From Schizochytrium sp. TIO01 (Eukaryota > Protista > Bigyra: Labyrinthulomycetes): a stretch of DNA of 64,000 nucleotides. The stretch covers positions 7,484,761 through 7,548,760 of the forward strand of contig SMSO01000031.1 in the NCBI GenBank assembly GCA_004764695.1, written 5' to 3'. Positions 24,501 to 36,490 of the stretch are shown here, in pieces. The translations under genes were made by a program, and so were the position numbers. The number at the start of each line of letters is the position of its first letter. Position 1 is the first letter of the stretch. A model generated the notes under the pieces. The model was not told where the DNA came from. It did not search any database and was given only the letters and a program-made list of their open reading frames with translations.

Positions 24501-26342
24501 GGAGCTCCATCCATTTCCATTTCCAAAATTTCGGCGATTCTTTCATACTCAATTGTATAGCTGTGCTCGATGATAAATACGCGCATGAAAAGAGCTAATG
24601 CTTGTCGAATATCGATGTTTGCGTATTGTGGTAATGTGCGTAGATTGAGCACTTCACCGAAGAAGTGGAAAAGTTTACGGGCCTGTCTAAAGATCATGTA
24701 GTCACTTCGATTCAAACTCTGAGCCAAACGATTTATTTCGTTGTAATCAAAACTCCCGCAATGTAAATGGGATAAGCGCAATCTCTGCGATTCCTCTGGA
24801 TCAGCAGTATAAAGCTCCGTGAGATAGATTACAACCTGATTTCTCCATGTTTCTGTTTTGTCGTCTACGTTTGGCACATTTAAAGTTCCTCGACCCAGAA
24901 TAGTATCGATGACGTTAACCTGTTTTTTATCGTCACGCTTGAAGACCAAGTTGAAGATCAGCTGGAAGAGCTCAGGAGAAATCTCGGGTAGGTTATTTTC
25001 TTCTCCGGTCTCAATAACAAAGTTGGCTATTTCATCGGCATTGCGAAAGACACCATTAGCAAACACTGGCACGATGCCGACACACGATTGAAGAGATGCC
25101 AACGGCAGCACAAGAAATTGAGAGAACCTCATAAATGCCTCTTGCCGGCCCGTTCCTGCTACAGCATTTGCACCCCAATCATAGAAGTTAATAGCATGCA
25201 GAAAATTCCTCTCACCGCTGTCTCTAGCAAGTATAGTTTCTCTAAAATCACCATCGTAACGCCATTGGCCTTGCATGGGTTCAGTGAAGATTTCTTCGAT
25301 GGGAAAGTCTTGCACCGTGTCTTCAGTGTCTTGCACTTCTTCCCAATCGAATTCAGTAGTTTGCACCTCGTGAAGACCGGCATGTTCAAATGGTGGAAAG
25401 GATGGAGCACGCGGGCGTCCTGGTTCGTTGTTGTGTATAACACTGCCGATGTCTTCAGCAACGGGCATGGGCATTGCCATTGGAAGTTCCCTATTTGCTG
25501 GAACATGATCTGCTTCTGCTCTGTTTTGATGTCCTTCATTATGTGTATCTGCATCTGGCAATACTCGCCCTGGTACTTCTTCGACCTCTTGAATGTCATT
25601 GTCCTCATCGCTTAAATTGAGGATGTCTTCGATGGCAAAATCTTGTAGCATGTCTCCAGGAACATGATCTGCGTCTGCTCTGTTTTGATGTCCTTCATTA
25701 TGTGTATCTGCATCTGGCAATACTCGCCCTGGTACTTCTTCGACCTTCTTGAATGTCATTGCCCTCATCTCTTAAATCACCATGATAACGCCGCTGGCCT
25801 TGCATGGTTTCAGCGTCTTGCACTTCTTCCCGATCGTCTTCAGTATTTTGCACTTCGTGAAGTCTGGCATGTTCAAATGGTGGAAAGGATGGAGCACGCG
25901 GGCGTCCTGGTTCGTTGTTGTGTATAACACTGTCGATGTCTTCAGGAACAGGCATGGACATTGCCATTGGAAGTTCCCTATTTGCTGGAACATGATCTGC
26001 TTCTGCTCTGTTTTGATGTCCTTCAATATGTGTATCTGCATCTGGCAATACTCGCCCTGGTACTTCTTCGACCTCTTGAATGTCATTGTCCTCATCGCTT
26101 AAATTGAGGATGTCTTCGATGGCAAAATCTTGTAGCATGTCTCCAGGAACATGATCTGCGTCTGCTCTGTTTTGATGTCCTTCATTATGTGTATCTGCAT
26201 CTGGGAGCAATCCTTGGTTTGATACCCCTTCGGCTCCTTGACTGTTAATATTGTCTTCATTTTCAGAGATGTTAACATCGAATGATAAGTTCTCGTTTTG
26301 AAACACTTCAGGAACGTCCAGATTATTTGAGTAATCAGCCAT
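21557..26342 (-). CDS. Gene B: acidic repeat N-terminus - 'WCAxxLY' domain - basic patch - hydrophobic segment - HET/TIR-like domain - TPRs - receiver-like domain (~1594 aa; +1 frameshift at 25746-25747)
   Basis: ORFs 25698-26357 and 21557-25768 join on removing one A (CAA GAAG GTC versus CAA GAG GTC in the sister repeat copies). ATG at 26342 (MADYSNN). Motifs: WCAAILY 24437-24457; DYVCYAW, YLWLDLFAVPQ, RRWCWYE 23330-23350; TPR-type LFQRALEIQSSKYGPGDQR; C-terminal RALIIQ...FVFIMD...HFTS...VEKS. Confidence 0.85.
25250..26204 (-). repeat. Nested coding tandem duplication in gene B: 487-nt period (486 after frameshift correction) x2, each with a 159-nt-spaced sub-repeat
   Basis: PDADTH[N/I]EGHQNRA[D/E]ADHVP starts at 26204, 26045, 25717 and 25558 (spacings 159, 328, 159); the copies are near-identical at DNA level. 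Confidence 0.93.
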
Positions 26343-26535
26343 CGTGATTTTGTCCAACCACTGTGTCTTTCGTGTCTTTCGTGTCTGCTTGTCTGATTAA
26401 TGCTGTTGCTTTCCGAGTGGCAAATGTGACTAAAACTAGGACAGAGACTCTATTATTCACCTTCTCAAAATAGTGGTAAGAAGGTGGAGGATCAGGAGTG
26501 AAAGTCGTGGAAGAATGAGCCTGCCCGCGACGTTG

Positions 26536-26546
26536 GCCTTATAGCG
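26536..26546 (-). promoter_or_regulatory. Candidate TATA box of gene B
   Basis: Minus-strand GCTATAAGG ~200 nt upstream of the ATG, at the edge of a GC-rich patch. A possible short 5'-UTR intron (AAG|GTGAAT at ~26460 to TAATCAG at ~26393) lies between. Confidence 0.35.
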
Positions 26547-27289
26547 ACTCGATTAAAATCGAAGCGTGAGGCGGGGGCCAATAGAAGTAAAGCAAAGGCA
26601 ATGTCGATGTGTTCCTTAAACTTCACTGCCACCTTTTCCTTATCGAAGCCACGCCTGAAACCGCGCAATAGCACACGCAGGGCCCTGAGGCGCAACAAGC
26701 ACCTGAACACCTCCTTGCGCACCTCCAAGCGGGTATGACCTGTCGCTAGGTCGAAACGGGTTTGGGCTGGAGGGCTCTTCACGCAGGTCTTTGAATAGCG
26801 CTTTCATTGTAAATAAGCATAAATTAATTTAGACTACTAATACCCATTAGCAACTACTACCTATCCTGCCATTCTTTAGTGCCTGAAAGTCTATTTTTTA
26901 ATTCTCAGAGCGGCAAATCGAAAACACCTGGTTGGCACGTCTACAGAGTCCCAGGCAGCAACTTTGAGAGATAAACTGTGCATATTCCAACGTGTCTTCT
27001 GCGATGATGAAGGTACTCTCTTCGCTTGCGCAACAGGCAAGCCAGAGCACCAAGAAGCAAAGAAACCAAGCTATTAATTACCAAGGTATCTTTACTTCAA
27101 GAGCGCAGTGCACACGCTTGCTAACTAAGGCTAGCCCCTTACTACCACCTAATTTGTTTGCACTTTTATTATTTGCTATGGTACTCAAAGAGAATAAAAT
27201 AAAACTGAGTCTTCGAGTAAAGTTCTAGAATATAACGTAGGTCTGGTAATACTTGTATTGCTTCTTGTTTTAAAAAAAAATTAAAAAAA

Positions 27290-27329
<40 letters not shown>

Positions 27330-27948
27330 GTATATCTATGCAGGAAAAGAAAAGATAAAAGAAAATGACAAAAAGGTTGGCGCGGATAAAAATAAATTTA
27401 TCATTCTAAGCTCAAAATTGAAATCGTTACCATTCTATTAGATAAGACTAGTACGAGTTTACTTTTTAATTAAAAGTAAGAAAACTTTGAAGTATTTTAT
27501 CTGTTTACTAGTTTCATTTCAGCTCGGGACTTGGATTCGAAAATAACTTTTTTATCTAATTTGCCTTTTCTTTCTGCCATAGTTGTAGTTTTTTTACCAA
27601 GTAGAAAGAGGTACAGTACAGCCTTTGGAGAATGTTTGCTTTAATTTTATGATCTAGTTAGGTCGCCCTCCTGGCTAGGAACTTAACAACTAGAACTAGT
27701 TTTGGAGAGATTATAGGAGAGACTGGTGGAGTGCATTTTATTTTATTGTTTTCATGAAGGTTTTGTTGAGAGTACATTGGCTAAGCAAGGGTAGATACAG
27801 CAGGAAGCTACGTAGCTAGATACTTCGGTAAGTAAGAGTCAAGCTATTTAAACGATACAATTGCCTGGTAATGGTAATAGACGTGTGATAACACGTAGTG
27901 CTTGCTATCGAGGACATCTCAATGAAAGGGGAAATGTGAATGTACATT

Positions 27949-30900
27949 CTATTTGGCAGCTGATTTGCTTGCTAAATGGGAATCGTAGTAGTCTCGGATA
28001 TCATTAGCAAGCTGCGAACTATCCTTATATGTTGACAGCATTATGAGCTTTGTGAGTTCGGCTTCTTGGACTAACTTCTCAATTTCAAATAGGTCAGCAG
28101 TGTTAAAGGAATTACCAACCAGGACTGAAACAAATCCTAGGCGTTTCATTTCCAGCGTTGCTTCTTCAGTGCTCTTAACAGAAATAATACTCAGGCCAGT
28201 TCGCTCAAGATGGTGTCGAATAGACGTTGCTTTCTCATCATCGGGCTCTATAAGGAGCGTCGCATTGACCTTACGAATCATCATCTTCTTGAGGTAAGAA
28301 GCAAGCATCTTGAGGTTAGAGCGCTCAAGCTTGCAGTCACACAAGGCCCTCCAGCCATCCCCCTTGGTTACAAATAGTTTGGTTTCTCCATGGGCACTCA
28401 TGAGGCCATAATGACCCAAAGGATCTCCATCGGCGGTTTCGTTTTGACCACTCGAAGAAGATGCAGATCTTTCACTGTCATTGAGATCAGCAATTAAACG
28501 GCGCTGTCGCTGCAAATTCAAATCACTTGCTTCGTAACATTCATATGACCTCATCATGAGACTAATGACAAAAAGAAGGCGAATTGGAGGCATTCTCTTT
28601 TCCAATACAAATTGGTGATAGCGATCAAAAATGTGCACCCAGATTTCTAGAGCACGAGCATACTTCCCACGCATACAGTAACTCATTGCCTTGCATTGCT
28701 CAGACATAGTGCATCGGGGATCATTTGGTCCATATGTTTCTGCTTGAAGCGTGATAGCCTTCTCAAAGAGGTCAAGGACTTTCTTATGATCATCATTTCG
28801 AATATCAAAGATCTTAGAAAGATGTACATATGTTGCGCCCAAGTCAGGAGGTGGGGGATTCATGGACTCTTGGGTCGCAATTGAAGCATGCAGGAGCTTT
28901 TCTGCGACATCCAAATCTACCTCCTTATCACGGGGACAGTTTTGATGCGGCATGAAAATACGGAAATGATAGTTGACGAGGGTACGTGCACGATGATACT
29001 GGGCAATGTACAACCTAGGATCGCCAACAAGCTGCATAATCATGCACACTTTCTCATTGCGAGCGGCAGCCTCATCAATGTCCTTTGCATCAAACATATC
29101 ACCAAGCATACGCGCTTGGCAGTCCAGCAGTCTACCCAATTGCATCTTCAAATCACGATACCTCTGGACTATTGGCCACAAACTGTTATCTAGCTCACTG
29201 ATCCGTGCACTCAAGGCTGCTAGCATTTCGTCGATGTGATGTTGTTCGTTAAGCTTGTGTTCACTGTCGATTTGATTCAATTCGGTCTCCACACTACTGA
29301 TAATTTCGTTCAACAAGTGCGATCCCTTTTCGTCACTGCCTGCGATTCTATAGCACCGAGCTAGCCTCACTGCACTATCTGCCCAGTCTGCAATGTTCAG
29401 ATGCTTGTTGAGCATTCGAAAAAATTCACTGGGGTCGATCGCGCCCGAGTGGCTGGCTAACTTTTCCTCTGCAGGGGTGATTAAGAGCCGCATAAAGGTG
29501 CTACGAACTTTCGTCGAAATCTTTGAAATACGGTCGTCTTCAGAAAAGAATCTAAGGATATCGTTGTGGTCTTGAGCAATAGTGCACTCACTTGCTTCGA
29601 CGGTCAGTTCAGACATGGTCTGATCGAGACGAGACAATACTGCGTCTGCCTCTTCGCGGTTTGAAAGGTAGACTTCGCTTGCTTTACTGAGGGCGTCTCG
29701 TTGCTTTTTATCTAAAGCCAGGACAAGTTCTTTATCTGCTTCCAGAGCAACAGCTAGCTCGAACCAGCACCATGAACGCTTAAGAACATTAGGGGTTTCC
29801 CAACTATCAGCAACAACGATTATGCCACGGCTCGCACAGTAAATATTTTTGTACAGCTCTTGGTGCAGGACTCTTTGCCTTGTACCAACATCATCTTTGC
29901 CATATGGCGAAGGCTTTACTGAGTTACTCTTGATCAAATCATCATGCGCAGGAGACGATGGATGCTGACTCAGAGCGAAGATATCGACCCAAAGATACAT
30001 ATGCGCTGAGTTCCGATGAGCTGCTGCGGTATGAAGGGCATCGGCCATCTGGGCAAAAGGCATTCCCCAAGCATAGCATACGTAGTCGGTAGCCGGTCCA
30101 AACCAGCAATCGGAGGCACGCTCGGCGCGGGTCTGGCCAAGCGTAACGAGCTCCTTTTTAAAGGCGTTGCCTTCAGGTGACCGAATAAATTCGATCAAGC
30201 TATTGCGATTCTCCTTGGTGAGGTTAGCGATAGACCAAGCTGGAGGTCCGTCGTCCATTTCTTTGCCTGAAGAGGTTTGGACCCCTACCAAAAGACGACT
30301 CACAACTTTGTAAGTAGTCAATTTATCAACATCAAAGTTGGGGATATCCTCAGATGCATGCAGCATAATATAGCGTTCAAAAACTTTGAGGAAGGCAAGA
30401 CTCACGCCACTCATATTTTCAACTGCATTCATGTTTGAATCTTTGGCGGTGACAACAAGTTTACCATGTTGTGCTCGCTGCTTATCTGCCTGACTTGAGT
30501 TTTCCCGCAATACTGCTTCCTTCGCCGATATTATCAGCAATCTTGCTAGATACAAAAGCGGCGTCCTTAGAATCAGGTGAGATGCTATTTGAAGAAAATA
30601 AATCATTCAGAACTGGTACAGATGGCCCGATAATATAAAGCAAGGCCAGGACTAAAGCGGTGAATGAGTGAAAATAAAAAACTACCATCAAAACCATTGC
30701 AACGCCAAAATCAAGAACGAATCCGCCTCGCTGACGACCAGATTCCGGACCCAACCGACGTTGTTTCTGATGAGGTGAATTTGAATCAGATCCCTTCGGA
30801 TTATTACGCTTGTTTCTCTTAGGAGGAGGGGGCTGAGACATTGAATCCGAAGGTTCTCCTGAGGGACCGTCTCCATCTGATCTACTGTTGTCATCGCGCT

Positions 30901-32311
30901 TCTCAAGATTCCTATAATCATCAAATATAGCTTCGTATGATACACCGGGCTTTTTCAGAATGGCTGCGCACCACTTGCAGAAGTTTTCAACAACAACTTT
31001 GGGACTTTGTCCTCGTTTATTCAGAAGTTCAGCTACAGGGATAAACGGGCTTGCGCTTGAACTAAGTCCAAAAAGACCCCACATACACTGGAATACAGTC
31101 TTGACGTCCTCATCCAATTCAGAGTATATTTTATCAACTTGTATATCATCTTTCACTAGCTTTGGCTTTTCTTTCGTAGAGCTACTCTCTTTAGTCCATA
31201 GAAGAGCACTGAAGATAAGAGCTGGGTTTTTGAACTCCTTCTTATAGGTTTTGGTAAAGTTTGGCAAATTTGACGGATCAAAGACACCTCCGTAACGCAG
31301 CCACTTACGATGCTTGTCAGAAGTTTCCTCATTTTGAAGTTCAAGTTCTTCCAGATAGAAGAAAACCTTGTCTTCAAAAAGTTTTGCGTTGCCCATTTTA
31401 GGTCGAGTAATGTTCTTAACACACTCTCGCATCATTTGAACAACGTCAACCGAAGACTTATCTTTTGGTACGTATGGATGAGATGTTACCAAACTTGCAA
31501 CGAGCACACGCATCTCGTCTGTTATGTGGCTTATTTCCGTTGTAAGAACTTCCCTTTTCGAAATGCGGCCCAAAATCTTAAGAAGAGGTGCTACGATATC
31601 TCGCGCATGGCAATGCCGTTTGTAATTTGAAGCGCTGTTCAGAAAGACAACATCCCGAGATGCAATGATCAAGTTCAAACTTTCAAAAAACCATGTCTCC
31701 TTTTCCTCGTTTTGACCCTTCTTCCATACACCCTTTGGGTTTTCCTTCAATGCATCTGATGGGAAATGAGAACTGCTTGCACAGGAACTAGATTCATCGG
31801 ATGGTGCAGGCAGCGGTTCCGCTTCAACTACCCTGTTCATAGGAGATCCACTATCTCTGGGCGGTTGTGGTTGTTGACCCCTAGGATAATAACCTTCGAA
31901 GGGAGGGACATGACTATTAGACGAGGGGTCATGATAAGAAGAATGAATATTGGCATCATTTGCTAGCCAATATGGAGGATGTTGATCTGGTATTAAAGAG
32001 TTTGTATTTCCCCAAACATTTATGACAGTAGTTGGCGTGTGACATTGACAGGAGTTGGCGGGATGGTGTTGATGGCTTGGATAATTCTGCGGATATGGGA
32101 AGGTGGGCTCGTACATTGGATGACTATGAGGCATAGGCATATGATGATTGGTTGGAGTATCATTCGGGTAGTTGCTGTCGACCTGACCATGTAGCTCTCC
32201 GCTGGAACCTTCGTCTTGTGCACTATGCGCCCCATGATCGTCATATGGGCCATCCTCAGGGTTTATATTAATATTGAAGCCCGAAAATGGTCCATCATAT
32301 TCATGGCTCAT
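27949..32311 (-). CDS. Gene C: His/Pro-rich N-terminus - 'WCAxxLY' domain - basic patch - strong hydrophobic (TM/hairpin) segment - HET/TIR-like domain - TPRs - pseudo-receiver (~1453 aa; +1 frameshift near 30504-30506)
   Basis: Overlapping ORFs 30482-32371 and 27949-30606 join near GCGGGAAAAC. ATG at 32311 (MSHEYDGP). WCAAILK 30953-30973; PPPKRNKR; FVLDFGVAMVLMVVFYFHSFTALVLALLYIIG; DYVCYAW, YLWVDIFALSQ, RSWCWFE 29758-29778; RMLGDMF; LFEKAITLQAETYGPNDPR; TLLIEPDD. Collinear with the uninterrupted domain order in ORF 21557-25768. Confidence 0.85.
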
Positions 32312-33917
32312 AGTTCCTAATGGACTTGAGTTTCCACACTGTGTCTCGCGTCCTCGTCGTGGTGCTTTCACGAGAGAAGTAAACTTGCTTTTGCTCTTCT
32401 CAGTTTCCTAATTCTACCTCTACAAAAGGAAATGTGGGCTGTATCGTATAAAGTTCCGTGCAGACAACAATCTGAACAACACAAGAGTAACACACAAAGC
32501 GATCTCTAACAACAGCACCGACGGCAGACACCCTGTGAGCGTAGAGTTGCAGTAGTGACTAGTTTTCGCTTAAGCTCAAGCACAAACACAAGCAAGGAAT
32601 CAGGCTTTAGTAGGACCAGTTCCAGGCGAGGCTACCCCTGGGGCGGAGGTCTGGACCACCTTTCCGGTCTCAATTTGCACTGCAGGTCTGGGCCAGTTAC
32701 AGTTGCTCGCCTCTGTGACTGCTGCCGCTGCTAACTTGCCGACAGCCCTGCGGCATTTACGTTTGCCGCTTTCGACGATCTTGCAAAAACTAGAAGAAAG
32801 AAAACAATGACCAACTACTAATACTGGGCAGTAATACTCAATATTGACGTTTTAAAATTTGATTGATTATAAGAAACGAACGAGTAAAGATGAGTGTTAT
32901 ACGAACACTTATATTCCTCTCTACTACAACATATGCTTTGTTTTTCTTTTTCTCCTTATCATTCTTCTTCTTCTTCATCATCTTTATAAGAAAAAATAAG
33001 CATGTTCGGTTGGTACCTACCTACCTAGCTAGCTGCTTACTATGTACTACTCTCACAATCACTTCTTGTGAAAGAAATTTTATAATTATTAAAACAAAAT
33101 ATATTTTAACTAATTCGCCTACTTTCTAAAGCTTATTTCGCAAAGTCTTCACGTAATCAATTATGCGAGTTAGTTGCGAAAGAATTCAGTGAAAAGATCG
33201 TGCGGCGCCACGTCGCACAGAGATCTAATTGTACCTAGACTAATTGCAAATACCACCATTGATGGTGTTTTCATTTTCGAGTTATTTGTTTATTATATTT
33301 ATTTATTTTATAAATATAATAATTTTTTTCTTTTCTAAACAATCGCCTGAACTAGCCAATAACAACTACAGAGCTGCACATTTTGCCATTTGAGTTGCTC
33401 TATTGTTCTTGTTCTTTGCACCCAGGACTTCTACAACGTGGTTTTTGGTGGGCTGGTTGGTTGGATATTGATTGGCTTTGACTTTGACTCACTCTTTGAA
33501 TAGTCGTTGTGATTCTTACACTCCTTCAGTTGGTAGTACATACCGACTTTAGTTTCATCAAACGTAAAGTTCTTTAATACGAGGTAGAGAGATACTACCT
33601 ATCTAACGTGACCTATGAATGGGTATGGGAAGAATGGCATAAGTGCAGTTTTGTTTCCTGAGGAAACTAGGTACGATTTCTGCTGCTTGAAAAAAAATTA
33701 AAAAAAAAAAAAAAAAAAAAAGAATCATAAAACAGACTTTGCCGACGCAGGTGAGTTGCTTGAAGAGGCTCTCAGACTGACCGCGTTTTGCCCCGTGCTA
33801 GTGGACCTTATTTCATCGATCAGGGTTTTGCCACACGTCAAGATGAAGCTTAATTCGGAATACTCTTGAACCAACATTTCTCTACATATTAATAGGCACG
33901 TACCTATTACTCGCTCG

Positions 33918-33994
33918 CTCACTCACTCACTCACTCACTCACTCACTCACTCACTCACTCACTCACTCACTCACTCACTCACTCACTCACTCAC
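33918..33994. repeat. (TCAC)n microsatellite, ~19 units
   Basis: Directly visible perfect array preceded by (TCGC) variants. Confidence 0.97.
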
Positions 33995-36490
33995 ACCACA
34001 GAACGGAAAATGGAGGCACTTTTGGTCGTAAAGGTTATATATCAAAAATAGGTAGTGTCGAAGTATCACTAGTGATGCACTGATTGATTGACTGATTTAG
34101 TTTACTTTTCTACCTAAGCTAAAAGAGCTTAAGGAGTTGCCTATTGACAGTGGTAGGCAGTCCGTGAAAGGTGTAGTATTCTACTTCGCGAAATGAAGAC
34201 CTTTCTTTAGCTTCAAAAAGAAAGTAAATGAAAGAAGGTAAAAGGGATGAAATGAGGTCAACGGGTCCTATAAGCAGCTTAATTACTGGTAACGATTCAC
34301 ACTCTAACAGCAAAAAAAAAGCACGAAACTTCATTTTTCAAGCATACCAGTTCAGGTCCGAATGCGACCTTTCTATGGCCTCTGTTGAAAAGTTGTTTCC
34401 GGGCCGAGAGAAGAGTATGGAACTTGACTCTGGGGCGGTAAATGCGTGAGTGAATTTCGATGAGTAAAATCTTTGATAGAAAGTTTATTGGCATCCAAAC
34501 AGTGAACAGAAACCATTGACGTTTATAAGCAAGTATAAGAATGAATTAATTCCTGGAATTAATAAAACTATTTCTTTCCTGGTAGTCCGAATTACTCACA
34601 AATGAATAGAGAAAGTATTTAATTAAAATTGAGCAAATAAAATTGAAAAAATATATAGCAGCAATCTATAAAACTTTTCGCGATCTTTATCTCTGAAAAT
34701 AGTTAATAGATGCAGGGACAGAGATGCCCTTCCCATAAGACTGAAAGGGTAGCATACTGTAGCTGAACTAAATATGTGTAAAGTTTTCGCCTTGAAAAGT
34801 TGGTTTCCTTTGCCATAAGTGAGTTGGGCTCATAAGCTTCTCTCTCTAAAAACTTAAGCCTAACATAACTCACAACGTCGCCACAGAAGAGACTCAGGCG
34901 CAGCACTTCAGGACGACACCAGACTCTGCTAACCGCTTGGAAGGAGTTGATCGGCTATGGTTCAGGTATGATGTTATGTCTGAGTTGTAGGTGCCTAGTC
35001 CTGTATTCACACAATAGAACCTGCACGCGTGTTTCTTTGAGTTTATTATTGTTGGTGTTCAAGTTGTTATAATTATTACGCTTATTTTTAGGTTTTAAAT
35101 GTAAAAACAAAAGAATTGATAGGAGTAGGTACCCGAAGCAAATATTTAAACTAAAGTTTTTACTTGCTAGCTAAGTAAACATACTTCCACTTTTTATCAT
35201 GATGTTCATTTATTTATAATAAATAAACTAACTTGAAATGATATACCTCAAAATAAAACTAATTTTAACATTTTGTTTATAAAAAAGGAAGTATTGATCT
35301 AAGCCTAACAGCATGGGTACCTACTTAGAATACGGTATACTCATGCCTGTGAGTTTCTTGAAAGTTTGCGAATTCCTTCGAGTTCTGCTGGTTTTATTCT
35401 TTCACCATTGAGGCCTCTACTAGTCCTGCTACGAATCTTCGGCTTCGAGCACTCTTACGGAGGAGAGCTCAAGTTTGTCAAAGCCTAACCCAGTTCAGCT
35501 GGATCGATTGCTCTAAACGCAGGCCCGGTTTGGACTGATCAGTTTCTGTGATTTGATGGAAAGTCAGATTCATCTAGCGCTCCCTGCAAAGAACTGGCCC
35601 GGCTGAGACAATATTAGGAGTGGAAACCAAACCAGTTAGCCTATCGGGACAGATCAGACCAGTTTCCATCATATGATGCCCAAAGAGCAGATCGAATTCT
35701 AGTTCTTTTCATGAAATCGTGCGTCTACCGAGGTGCATCAAATCACTTTCTCTCCGACGTCTGCTCCTACCTTGACAAATACTGGGCCAAATGTGATGAT
35801 CATGAACAATCCCTCTCGCAGATGCACTTAGGCCCCTATCTGTTTACTTGAGGATCACTCAAGCGAAGTCTACGTTCAAAGTTGTAATTGTCTTGAGTTT
35901 CACAGCAATTAGTACCTACGTCTTTTACCTCAGTACGACTTAGTTAGCACTTGAAGTGGTTTAGATGCCGTTGTTTCGTAAGAGAACGTGGAGGTCTACG
36001 TCAAGAACTCGGGTTGCTTGCATCGCGGTTAGCAGAGCTATTTGATGATCGGGCACGTAGGTACCTACTACTATCCTATGAAGGCGCATGAGTTTATGAC
36101 TGACTATTGCACAGATCCATCAAAAGTGGCTGTAGATGAGGAAGCCTTGAAAAGCTAGAGTGGAGAAGCTAGTATTGACTACAGTGGAATATCTTACATG
36201 ATGTGCACAAATAATGTTCAACGCCAAGATGGAGAAAGACATTATAATGGAAGGATGGTCCAGGCGCTGTGCAAATAGTTACAATCATTTTCGCTGCGCA
36301 GGACCACGACCAGATGGATTATGATCTGTTAAGCTAGGAATATGTACTTTCAGGTTATACTTGGTGGGCTAGGCTACGATCCCTGTCAGTATTTTTCTAC
36401 GAGGGAATTGCTACAACAACAACGAATCAAAACGGGGATAAAGTCCCCCATCTCTATAGTATTATAGAAACGCCAATGTTTGTTGAGCTC

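Noticed and set aside
25088-26102. Repeated shadow ORFs and CRISPR-like periodicity around 25-26 kb and 45.7-46.3 kb
   Set aside because: These are alternative-frame or antisense readings of coding tandem duplications; there are no short repeats with unique spacers and no cas genes.
26560-32760. Shared CAGGTC/AGGTCTGG-like words upstream of genes B and C
   Set aside because: Too short and too few to distinguish from chance without motif statistics.
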